From Octopus bimaculoides (Eukaryota), in assembly GCF_001194135.2 (NCBI RefSeq), contig NC_068989.1:76779234-76843233 (forward strand): a stretch of DNA of 64,000 nt, in the 5' to 3' direction. Every line of letters starts with the position of its first letter. Within the stretch, counting starts at the first letter, position 1. The notes below the pieces were generated by a model, which was not told the DNA's origin, made no database searches, and saw only the letters and a list, made by a program, of their open reading frames with translations. This document shows, piece after piece, positions 1-10,690 of this stretch. A program made the position numbers and the translations under genes.

Positions 1-416
1 TTGCATTACTTTCATTTGTACAGTATTTTTCAAGAACAAACTATTTTCAACACCTATCGGTTTAATACATTTTAGCACGTTTATCACCGGTCATTATACT
101 TCATCATTATTCACTATTTATCCAATTTTATTTATCTTATCTCATTTTTGTAATCTCATCTATTTATTCATTTCTCATCCAACTTAATTCATTGCTTTGA
201 CGTAAATTTCATTACGTATTTAGTTTTTCAAATGTCTCTTACCAGATACATTGAGCCTTTCATCAAAAGTTCGTGTGATAATGATTTTCTATAAGAATCA
301 GCATACATAACTGTATGCCTTAAAATGCGTAAACACAGGTGAGTGGGCTTGTTCCACGTAGAAATCCGTGAATAATTGTATGTGGGTAATATCTCTTGGG
401 TGTGCTAGAGTTACGT

Positions 417-798
417 TGTTGGCACTTCGTCACTTACGACGTCGAGGGTTCCAGTTGATCCGATCAACGGAACAGCCTGCTCGTGAAATTAACGTGCAAG
501 TTGCTGAGCACTCCACAGACACGTGTACACTTAACGTAGTTATCGGAGATGTTCAGCGTGACACAGTGCGACAAGGCTGACCCTTTGAATTACAGGCACA
601 ACAGAAACAGGAAGTAAGAGTGAGAAAAAGTTGTGGTGAAAGAGTACAGCAGGGTTCGCCACCATCCCCTGCCGGAGCTTCGTGGAGCTTTAGGTGTTTC
701 TGCTCAATAAACACTCACAACGCCCGGTCTGGGAATTGAAACCGCAATCCTATGACCACGAGTCCGTTGCCCTAACCACTGGGCCAGTGTGCCTCCAC
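417..798 (-). mobile_element. Full-length tRNA-derived SINE (Octopus OR-like) with 9-bp TSD
   Basis: Minus-strand head GTGGAGGCACAC-TGGCCCAGTGG (A box, 776-786) and GGTTTCAATTCCC (B box, 731-743). GAGTTACGT is duplicated at 408-416 and 801-809. The 3' tail recurs at 29321-29390. Confidence 0.9.
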
Positions 799-1590
799 TG
801 GAGTTACGTAAACGTATACATTCATGCGTATTGATATAAGCGTTTATATTCACATATATGCGATATGGAAATATGTATACGTCTATCTGTATGCTCGTAG
901 AAATATGAATAAAAGTTCGCCTGCCTACATGCATACTCACATGAAAATATTTGTGAAACAAGATTAAAATGTAAATGTTGGCACAAAAGGTATCCAGCAG
1001 GACCATTAGTAACTGGTTTAAATTCCCCAAATTTGTTGCACAATTTTCCTGCTCTGTCATTTCTTATATAACTTTCCGTGTATATATTATCAGTTGACTT
1101 TATCATATCATCAACAAGTCATGTAGTCTTGGATGATTTTAACAGTATTCGCTTGATGAAAATAGGTCGATAGAACTTTTCCACTCTCCCTTACATATAG
1201 CATATTGCCACGAGGCAAATCCTGAAAATTTTTTAGTCACTAAACTTGGTTCATGTAAATTTTCGTACATGTTTTGTGCTAAATCATCTCCTAATAAAAC
1301 TGAAGCAGTTTTCACATCCATAACGTTTCTCGATGTTTAGCTTGCGATACAAAACAACAACAAAACCAGAAAAAGAAAGACAACAACCAGTCTCAGCATC
1401 CAATCCAGGCACACAAAAAATTCAGACACGCTTCTCAATACCCACGTATTTTCATTCTGTGTGCATGTATTTCTACGTGAGTTTAAATTTGACGGAAACA
1501 ATGTGATCTAAGATTTCTTATTCTATTCGCCAACACTGAATATACATGATAAATACAATGATAAATACATACCACATATACTTCAAATAT

Positions 1591-1748
1591 ATCGTGAAGT
1601 ACATTTGCCACCTATATGTGGCGGAGCCATAGGGGACGACGCTACTGTTGTTTATAGCCTCAGGGAGAGACCCAAACACAATACACTATATGCTTTTTCC
1701 AGTGACAAACTGTCGCCGATCTCGAAAAACGAGAAAACAAACAATAAT
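1591..1748. mobile_element. Partial, rearranged copy of the adjacent foldback element
   Basis: 1591-1668 matches the left arm at about 1786-1865. 1672-1713 is the reverse complement of 1973-2016, while 1714-1740 matches 1947-1972 directly. Confidence 0.7.
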
Positions 1749-2289
1749 AAATCTCTGAGCGAGATGTAAACAGAAGCACTACAGAATCGTGAAATATTTT
1801 TCCAACCTAAATGAGGAGGATCCATAGGGGACGATGTTACTGTTGTTTATAGCCCCAGGAAATCATCTCATCCAGGTGGCTAACGACACACTCTCTGTGT
1901 TCGATTAGTGTTTGCGATGGGAAATCATCCATGGAAAATCAACTGTCGGTGATCTCGAAAAAGGAGAAATAAACAGTTTGTCACTGAGAAAAGCATATAG
2001 TATTTTACATTTGGAATGAGTTCTCATCACTAGCTGGTGATTGTCACACGCTGATGACAGTTTACTACCCAGAAACCCGGGTTTGTATGTATCACGTAAG
2101 GTTACAGAGGGGAACGATGATTTCCCATCCCAAATACTAATCGGACACAGTGTGTCGTTAGCCAGCTGGAGATGTCTTTCTAGGGAAATAAACAAGAGTA
2201 GCATCATCCTCTATTGGTCCGCCAAATTAAGGTGGCAAATATATTTCGCGATTCCGTGCTGCTACTGTTTACGTCTCGCTCAGAGATTT
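1749..2289. mobile_element. Non-autonomous foldback/MITE-like element with about 175-180 bp imperfect terminal inverted repeats
   Basis: Left arm 1749-1929 (AAATCTCTGAGCGAGATGTAAACAG...GGGAAATCATC) is the reverse complement of right arm 2116-2289 (GATGATTTCCC...CTGTTTACGTCTCGCTCAGAGATTT). No ORF. Superfamily unassigned. Confidence 0.8.
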
Positions 2290-3094
2290 GATATATATAT
2301 ATATATATATATANNNNNNNNNNNNNNNNNNNNNNNNNNNNNNNNNNNNNNNNNNNNNNNNNNNNNNNNNNNNNNNNNNNNNNNNNNNNNNNNNNNNNNN
2401 NNNNNNNNNNNNNNNNNNNNNNNTATATTTATATATATATATATATACACACACAGACACATATACGTACACACGCAGATACACACACACACACCCACAT
2501 ACACATATCATTCTCCATCATCTTTTTTCATCTAATGGGCTCTAATCTCCTGATGAATCCAACGATGAAGATTAATGACAGCCATTTAAATCGCTATATT
2601 TCCCAAACATTGTTCGGGTCATTAAAATAACCAAAATAGTGTCAGGTCAGCTGATGATCAAGAAAAAAATTTATAGAATAAAATATCTAAATTAAGAACA
2701 AATCGATATTCCGATTTATGAGCACATTGCACCCTATGGGTTATTTATTAATACTATATTACTTTTAGGCGATCTATTAATTTGTACGCATAATATCACT
2801 TCAGAGCCAGCAGCTTACCGGTGATGATTTGCCACCGAGGTTTTCCGCTTCAGAACTGTGATGTCTGGTTTATGATTTAATGAACAGGTTATTTAGTCGT
2901 ATCATTGACTGTGCGTTTGCATATATTTTGTTCTGCTAATATTAAGACGGCCGATGTTTCTCGTTATGGAAAACGACACGTAGAGATACGGAGTACGTGA
3001 AGACTTTTAAAATCATGATCAAGGCGCTGGGGACTGTGGTGATAACTACGACGATGATGATATGAAATGAAATACGTAATTGTATGTGTAAATA

Positions 3095-3305
3095 ATTGAT
3101 TTTTATCATAGACACGATGTCGGAAATTTTATAGGGGTTGGGTTTTGTGTTGTTTCATTCGCCTCTAGTAAGTATCCGGTACTTTATTGTATCCACCTCG
3201 GTGGAATGAAAAGCAGATAGTTCCCGGTGGAATTTGAATTCAATGCTGAATGAACCTTAAATATTTTTTCCGACAATTTTATAATTCTTCCAAACCTTCA
3301 GGCGC
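3095..3305 (-). mobile_element. Degenerate copy of the 4355-type SINE
   Basis: Colinear remnants GGTACTTTATTGTATCC...GGAATGAAAAGCAGA...CCCGGTGGAATTTGAATTCA match the better copies at 26138 and 55639. Confidence 0.5.
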
Positions 3306-3993
3306 CATATAAAAATAAAACTGTCTCTCGCCTGCTGTTAATTATAAACTAAAAGTGTATATATAGCACTAATTCAATTTCAGATAATTCTTTCCCAAAA
3401 TAAGTGGTCTTAGCATCACCGCACGCAAAATCGTCACAGATTTTTTTTACCAGGTATTAGGTCATTTAGAAAAAGATCGTTTAATGTTTTTTGAGAAAAT
3501 TTTACATTTTATGTGATTTAAGAATATTCACATAAATTTTCATTTTTAATCTCTACTCAGGAAAAATGCCAGTAACAAAGATCCGTTAGTGGATCCCATG
3601 AATTGTGGGAAGCAAAGGAAGAAGGTATCCTGAAACCTGTGATTTGGTCTGGATACTTGATACCGAGCGGACTTTGCTAAATGCACCAAATAATGCACAC
3701 AAAAAGAGAATTCGTGATACATACATATAGTCCTAATTCATAGGTTCCGTAGCTGCAATATCCATTGAGTGCAGTTAAGGATTATGTAAGGAAGCAGTAG
3801 TACATACACTCAAACCTAAGATAATACTGTCCATTGGCTGCATTATCCCTAAAACACAGACAAAACTTATATGAGAGGAGAACACTGTATTTATACAAAA
3901 TATTATATCACGACACGTAAATGAAAAGACTGTATCATCTTGAAAACTTGCATAAGCATATCTTTCCTCTCTTGCATAATCTTTGCGCTTTTC

Positions 3994-4061
3994 CTTTCTC
4001 TCTCAGCCTGTCGCTCTGTCTGTCTCTGTCTTTGTCCCTCTGTCTGTCTCTGTCTTTGTCC

Positions 4062-4110
<49 letters not shown>
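3994..4110. repeat. Compound (CTGT)/(CT)n microsatellite
   Basis: Direct inspection. Confidence 0.9.
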
Positions 4111-4113
<3 letters not shown>

Positions 4114-4354
4114 CTGCCTATCTCTCTCTTTCTGTATTTATGTATGTAGGTTTTTATTTTCTTCCATTTTCATTTAGAACTTTAAATAAACGTGGTTAAA
4201 CTCCTTCGATTCCTCTCTCACTCATTCTTTTCTCTTGCTTGCCATTCACCTTCGTCTCCAACTCCATAATAACGAAAGACAAATGGCAAGTGTCACTAGC
4301 AGAACACATGATATTTGTGTGGATTGGCAGGGATATAGATTACATATGCATGTG

Positions 4355-4567
4355 AAGGCGGCGAGCTGGCAGAAACGTTAGCACTCCGGGCGAAATGCTC
4401 AGAGTTATTTCGTCAGTCTTTACGTTCTGGGATAAATTCCACCGAGGTCGACTTTGCGTTTCATCCTATCGCCATTGATAAATTAAGTACCAGTTGTGTA
4501 CTGGAATTGAGCAAATCGACTGGCCCCCTCCTCAAACATTTCGGACCTTATGCCTAGAGAAGAGAAG
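4355..4567 (+). mobile_element. tRNA-derived SINE with a Meta/MESC-like central domain
   Basis: AGGCGGCGAGCTGGCAGAAACGTTAGCAC head, central TTTCATCCT...GATAAATTAAGTACCAG, tail CCTAGAGAAGAGAAG. At least 7 other copies in the window. The domain name is from recalled similarity only. Confidence 0.85.
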
Positions 4568-5395
4568 CTTATATATCTACGGCTATACTGCGTTCGAAAT
4601 ATTACTTTCTTGTCTGTAAAATACAAAACACATTCGACGCTTCCAGTCTTTGTTTATAAAATGTTATTGAATTATATATCACAGTATTAAATTATCACGA
4701 ATTGCTGGCTGGTAGAATAATAGAGTGTATGGCTGTTGAAACACTAATCTCTCATAGAAAATCTTCGTATAAACTTCAGATTGATGACAAGTTTAGTGGC
4801 CACCCACTGTACACGTAATTAAGCATTTCTTAGAGTATTTCTTTAACCAGAGAAATCCAGTCTCCTTCGTTATCTGATGTGTGCTAACTGTTCATTATCA
4901 AAAGTAAATTAATCGTTAGGGATGCCGGTAATATAACCTAATTAAGCTAATCTGTATAAAAGCTTGTCCAGTTTTAGTATTGAATGCAAGTAAGACGGTA
5001 AAGTTTGTAGCAAGATATAATTAAATCCCGGTCAGGATGAGTGAGGATTGAACTTCATACACTCAATTACTGGTAAGCTGTCATATCAATATCAGGAACC
5101 AATGATACACAGCGTATTAAATGCTACCCTATTCAAAACTAGATTTTGCGTATGGATGACGAAAGGGTCAAGAGAGAAAGAAGCTAGTTGGTCAGTCCTT
5201 ACAGAAAATATGACTTTCAGACCTCTTTTAATTGTCTAGAGTTAATGGTTTATAATCAGCAAAAGAGATAATGTAACACAGCTCAACCACTTGCGGATAT
5301 TATGTGAATAAGCTGAATTATACCAGTTGCTACTAAAGGACATTATTTACATTAATTACATTCGACGGATATTTGTCCTCATCTTGTTTGTTGTT

Positions 5396-5441
5396 AACTC
5401 AACGTTTCGGCTGATGTACCCTCCAGCCTTCTTCAGGTGTC
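5396..5441 (-). ncRNA. Minimal type I hammerhead ribozyme motif (core intact, one stem I mismatch)
   Basis: Minus strand reads GACAC-CUGAAGA-A-GGCUG-gaggguacau-CAGCC-GAAA-CG-UU-GAGUU. Confidence 0.6.
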
Positions 5442-5589
5442 TTCGGGAAATTTCGAACCTGGGTTAAGAGCGCGGGCTACTAACCCCAAGATTCCGAGTT
5501 CGATTCCAAGCAGTGACCTGAACACTAATAAAGATAATAACATCGAAAAATACCTTAGGAATGAGAACCCAGGGTCGAAATTTCCCCAA

Positions 5590-5635
5590 GACACCTGAAG
5601 AAGGCTGGAGAGTATATCAGCGGAAATGTTGTGTT
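5590..5635 (+). ncRNA. Mutated minimal hammerhead motif
   Basis: GACAC-CUGAAGA-A-GGCUG-gagaguauau-CAGCG-GAAA-UG-UU-GUGUU. The stem II closing pair is broken at 5622 and the stem III palindrome at 5627. Confidence 0.45.
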
Positions 5636-6419
5636 AACAACAAACAAGATGAGTACAAATATCCGTCGAATGTAAATAATGTAAATAATGTAAGTAATGT
5701 ACAGAATTCCTCATCTCTTAAATATAGAACTGTGCTACTAAAGGAGTCAAAAATATCATTTCTCTACACCACTGTGTTTATTAACGAGAAGATTAAATGA
5801 AAAATATTTTCCACCATACTTTTTCCTTCGTCATGGATTTGCACCAAGTTAAAAGTTCACAACGATCTTCATTACACTGAAAAAAGTAAAATCTGTCAAT
5901 CTGCTTTTGATCATCCCAAGCCTGCTTTTTGTGTGCCCGGTCAATCGCCTTAACTGACGTTAACGTTTATTATTTAGTTTTATCATTGGCTGCGTGTTTG
6001 GGAAACAACGTATTGGGGGCCGGACTGCGTGGAGCCTTTCAAAATCAGTCTTACGACACATTAAATGTTGTGATATGGTCGAAGGAACACGTTCATGAAG
6101 ACACTGGAGTATTGGGACAAAATTGTAGATATTCATCGTACTACAATTCCGTCAATTAAATTAATGAAGCAAAGAAAATAGCTCCTTACTGTCCTTAATA
6201 TTAACTAGAAATATCTCAGGAACGTAGTAGACGTTAAAAGAATATAAATCTACTCGTCTTTTCCAGCCAATGAATTCATGGATAAGGCGTTCCCTTTGCA
6301 GCTAGAGTGCTACCAGCCTGGAAAACGCTATGTGACACAATAGACAGGTATATTCTATCATAACGTTTGGTTGAGCGGTGTGTGCCCGCTGTGTGTCTGC
6401 CCATCTCTCTCGTAAGTAC

Positions 6420-6560
6420 AAACACAAACACACGCACGCACACACGCACACACACACACACATAGACACACACTCACACACACACATACACACACACACA
6501 CACTCTCTCTCTATCTCTCTCTCTCTCACACACACACATACACACAAACACACACACCCG
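6420..6560. repeat. Compound (CA)n/(CT)n microsatellite
   Basis: Direct inspection. Confidence 0.9.
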
Positions 6561-7920
6561 ACAGACCCCTATGTCTATATAATATATTCTGTGATAGTGA
6601 TATTCATTGTGCATAAAAAAAAATAAAACTCACTGATTGTACTTCATAGTTATTTATTTGGTTGATTGACAAATGCCTTTCGCAATATTCTGCAAGTTTT
6701 CAAAGAATTTTCTTGAGGCGTAGATACACATACATATTTAGAAACAAATATACGCATACGAAGGCTAATACACACATACTATATATGTATGCCTCTGAGT
6801 TTCTGTGTGAGTGTTTATGGGCAGGTCAGTTACGTGTGTATTTATGTATGTGTGATTTAAAAACAGATTACTTATTCATAGTAACTCAAACAAACAAAAT
6901 CTTTACGAATGAGACTATAATGCATTCTAAGATCATATTATAACAAATTCTATACATTCCTAACACTGTTCCATTTGAACTTATGAACAAAAACAAAATA
7001 GAGCAAATGCAAGAAGGAACGGATATAAAGTACCTGTGACATTCGCAGAAATTAAACGAAAAACGTTGTTGTTACCTCATATTATTTGTAAAGTTTAATA
7101 TTTCTGTGTGAGCTTTTTAATGTTTGGTTATATGAAATTAATTTCCAGATACACCAGCAATACTTATCAACTTTCGGTTCTTATATTTGGATGAAGTGAT
7201 TGGTGATAGCCTGTCTTTACCAATATATTTCATTATCAGCGCTGATTCCGCTGTTGGGGGATGTTATCGACACTAAGACTTTTGAGCATTAGTATTTTGC
7301 TTCCCAATTCAGAAAGTGTTTTATTTTATTTTTGCTAACAAGCCAATGCTGTTTATATTTATTTTCACATTCTGCTCGTATATCAGCATTGCTTCTATAC
7401 CTAGTATCTTATTTCTCTAGCGAATTATGTATAGGCTTAAGCGTATCTAGTTTCATTTATGTCCATGTCATTTCATGGCATTATGAACGTTCCTTGTTTC
7501 CAATATCTAGTGACCTGTAGTATATTTATAAATGGCATAAAAATTGGGATCGTCAAGTACCAAACCTTTGCGATTGCAATCAAATTTGTGCGTAATATTG
7601 GTCATTACAAACGTCCTAGGTGCGTTATTAGCGTGGAACTTTGTTATAAGTAGAACTATTTTAAGGTTGCTCTTTGAAAAAAAATATTATTGTTGCTGTT
7701 ATATGTTCAATGTATTTTCGCCCCTTTCAGACATTTAAAAAAAATTATTTATTAGTTCTTGAGTCACGAAGAATTTGATTCAGGCAAGAATGTTTTAATG
7801 ATCTGTGTTTAGTAGTAGCACCTCAGCCGCGTTTTGCAAATAGGTATTTAAGAGTAAATTACATCGTCAGATACATATGCATTTATATATAATACATAAA
7901 TATATACAAGTATATTTGTA

Positions 7921-7966
<46 letters not shown>

Positions 7967-9706
7967 NNNNNNNNNNNNNNNNNNNNNNNNNNNNNNNNNN
8001 NNNNNNNNNNNNNNNNNNNNNNNNNNNNNNNNNNNNNNNNNNNNNNNNNNNNNNNNNNNNNNNNNNNNNNNNNNNNNNNNNNNNNNNNNNNNNNNNNNNN
8101 NNNNNNNNNNNNNNNNNNNNNNNNNNNNNNNNNNNNNNNNNNNNNNNNNNNNNNNNNNNNNNNNNNTTCATCCTTGTCCTCTGTCGTTTCCACGTGCTTT
8201 CTCTTTCTTTTTTGTTTTTTCGAAAAAGTCCGCAGCATCGCAATCTCACTTGATAACATGAAAATCATTAAGAAAATTTTATATCGCATTACGGGATTTC
8301 GCGTTACAGACAGAACTTCAGGAACGTATTACTACCGTAATGTGAGGGATTCCTGGAACTTCGGAAAAGTTATCTTCCCTTCTGCTCTAGATACTAAAGA
8401 GAGAAACCTCTGAACTTAGTTTCTCATAGGGGGGAAAAAAAAAAAAAACAAGACTCTCAAAGTTATTGGCTCTTTTTACACCGTTTCATGTCCAGCGAGA
8501 AAATTTCCATGGGAAACTGTAACGAAGATTCTTATCGGTTCTAATAACGGACAAATCTATTTGAACTGCTATCAAGTATATTTTCCTATCATTCACTGTT
8601 TCCCGTATCTGCTCATGAACATACGCACATACACGCTCTCCCTCTCTATCTCTCTCTCACACACAACACACACGCACATATGCGTACGCTAACTATCTAT
8701 CTCTCTCTCTCACACGCACACACACATGCGCGCGTATTAGTCAGCATACGGGGCGGGAATGGGCAGGAAACAGCAATAAAAATACTATCAGTAGATGTTG
8801 ACATCGCACTTTTACACAGATCAATTGATTCCTAACATCAACATCACACATCATATAATTATTTGGAATTAATACCAATACATTTCTCCAAAATGGTCAA
8901 TGTTTATCACTCATTGAAGTCTAACTCTAACCATAAAGCATCAATGAAAAACTCTATTGATATCAATAGTCCTTCCTAATACAATATAAATATTTATCAT
9001 TATGAGATATAACAGTACGTGTGGACATTTTATCATGATGTATGTTTGTATTAACCTTCAGTAGAAAAGAATATAATGTACGTCGTAAAATCTCTTTTTC
9101 TAATGCCAACATAAATATTGTAAACTATTTTCAATGGCGATTTCCATGTAGTTTACTATTAAGTAAACATACATATATATATATCAGTGTTTTGCTTGGC
9201 AAAAATCGATATTAAATATAATTTAGTGGTAGCCAATTAAGATTTGATAGTGATTCTGCTGTAATATACAAAACTGCTTTGCGATAATCTTATAAATGAC
9301 ATTTATGTTTGAAAGTTTGAGAGCTTAAATATGATTGGAAATTATATGATCATGACATGGGATTATAATTATACAGGGAAATAAATATATTAATACTGTA
9401 GCAATTGCTTTAGAAATATTAAACTTAGTCATGGAAGATGACATTAATAGCTTCCAGGAAATTCTCATATTAGTAATGATAATTACACTTATTTAAAATT
9501 TGATTAGAACTTTAAAACTATATAACCACTCAAAGAAAGACAGGCAGAAACGTATTCATATATACAGAGGCATATACACTTGAACTCACACGTGAACAAA
9601 TTCAGGAATACTTACATATATATACATATACACACCAATACGTCCTGTACACACAAACACACACACACACGAGGCACACACATGTACACACGCAAATACA
9701 TGTATA

Positions 9707-10283
9707 TATTGGGTCATACGATAAATATAGCGATTTTTTATACTTTTATGTTTCAAAATTAAATGAAGAAAGTTCTTTTTTAATCTAAAATATACTTTCA
9801 TCCATTGTCTACAATGCTCTTCCATCTATCTGGTAGACTTACAAGGCGTCTCTTCCAAAATTCACTTGTTCGTAACGAAAAATGGTCCTCCAGTGTTGTT
9901 CTGACCTCGTCTACAGAATTCATATTTTTTCCGTCCAAATTATATTGAAGACTGCGGAATAAATGATAATCAAATGCGGTAGTGTCCACTGAATATGGTA
10001 GGTGGGGCATCGTTTCTCATTTAAATTGCTCCAGTTTTTGGAATGTCAAAATCGCAGTTTGTGGCCAAGCATTATCCTGATGGAAGAACACTTTTCGTCT
10101 TGAAACCAAAGATAGACGTTTTTCTTCTTTCGCAGGCGCCGATAAATGGTTGGATGACAAAATCTAAGCTTCTCTACTAGTTCTCCAACAGTTACGATGG
10201 AATGTGGTTTCACTAGAGTTTTGCAGGACGTCCTCGTTGAGCTCTACAGATCTTCCAGGATGAGGCATGTCAATCATCGTTGA
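9707..10283 (-). pseudogene. Internally deleted, frameshifted mariner (Tc1/mariner) transposase remnant with one TIR
   Basis: Minus translation gives DMPHPGRSVELNEDVL...VGELVEKL...HPTIYRRL joined to KRLSLVSRRKVFFHQDNAWPQTA...MPHLPYSVDTTAFDYHLFRSLQ...RWKSIVDNG. These correspond to the mariner HDNARPH and YSPDLAPSDYHLF motifs. TIR-like TATTGGGTCATACGATAAAT at 9707. Confidence 0.9.
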
Positions 10284-10424
10284 CACTGGCTTACGCTTAT
10301 TGTCCGATACCCATATACTGCATTAATATTCCTCGTACTTTCCGTTGCGTTGTTGCTTTTATTGAACTCATAAAGCATATGTTAATGCAGTATATGGGTA
10401 TCGGACAATAATTGTAAGCCAGTG
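10284..10424. mobile_element. 141-bp MITE-like element with 43-bp TIRs starting CACTG
   Basis: 10284-10326 vs 10382-10424: 30 bp of perfect inverted match (TTATTGTCCGATACCCATATACTGCATTAA) plus 11 bp more after 2 mismatches. Confidence 0.75.
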
Positions 10425-10622
10425 CCATTATATATATATATATNNNNNNNNNNNNNNNNNNNNNNNNNNNNNNNNNNNNNNNNNNNNNNNNNNNNNNNNN
10501 NNNNNNNNNNNNNNNNNNNNNNNNNNNNNNNNNNNNNNNNNNNNNNNNNNNNNNNNNNNNNNNNNNNNNNNNNNNNNNNNNNNNNNNNNNNNNNNNNNNN
10601 NNNNNATATATATATATATGTA

Positions 10623-10690
<68 letters not shown>
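10623..10690. repeat. (GATA)n microsatellite
   Basis: Direct inspection. Confidence 0.95.

Larger units (their letters stand above)
5341..5732 (+). mobile_element. Palindromic retro-insertion: inverted 5' duplication + tRNA-like head + hammerhead-bearing tail, 13-bp TSD
   Basis: Arm 5341-5465 is the reverse complement of about 5566-5699. Head 5462-5515 has B box GAGTTCGATTCC at 5496-5507. TGCTACTAAAGGA occurs at 5328-5340 and 5733-5745. Confidence 0.85.

Noticed and set aside
731-798. tRNA-like heads (also 5462, 19754, 45548, 61440)
   Set aside because: They have no complete cloverleaf or acceptor stem and continue into SINE bodies, so they are not tRNA genes.
822-1321. Two adjacent minus-strand ORFs that could join by a frameshift
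   Set aside because: No motif I recognise; it could be a decayed TE but cannot be assigned.
3561-3624. Possible small exon after TTTTTAATCTCTACTCAG; similar acceptor-like sites at about 49948 and 62409
   Set aside because: Short, weak donors or early stops, and no consistent multi-exon frame. Such sites arise by chance in AT-rich DNA.
5561-5800. Similar ORFs at 5561-5800 and 25119-25418 (MRTQ.RNFP.TPEEGWRVYQ)
   Set aside because: Chance translation of the shared hammerhead-containing repeat, with no sign of a coding function.
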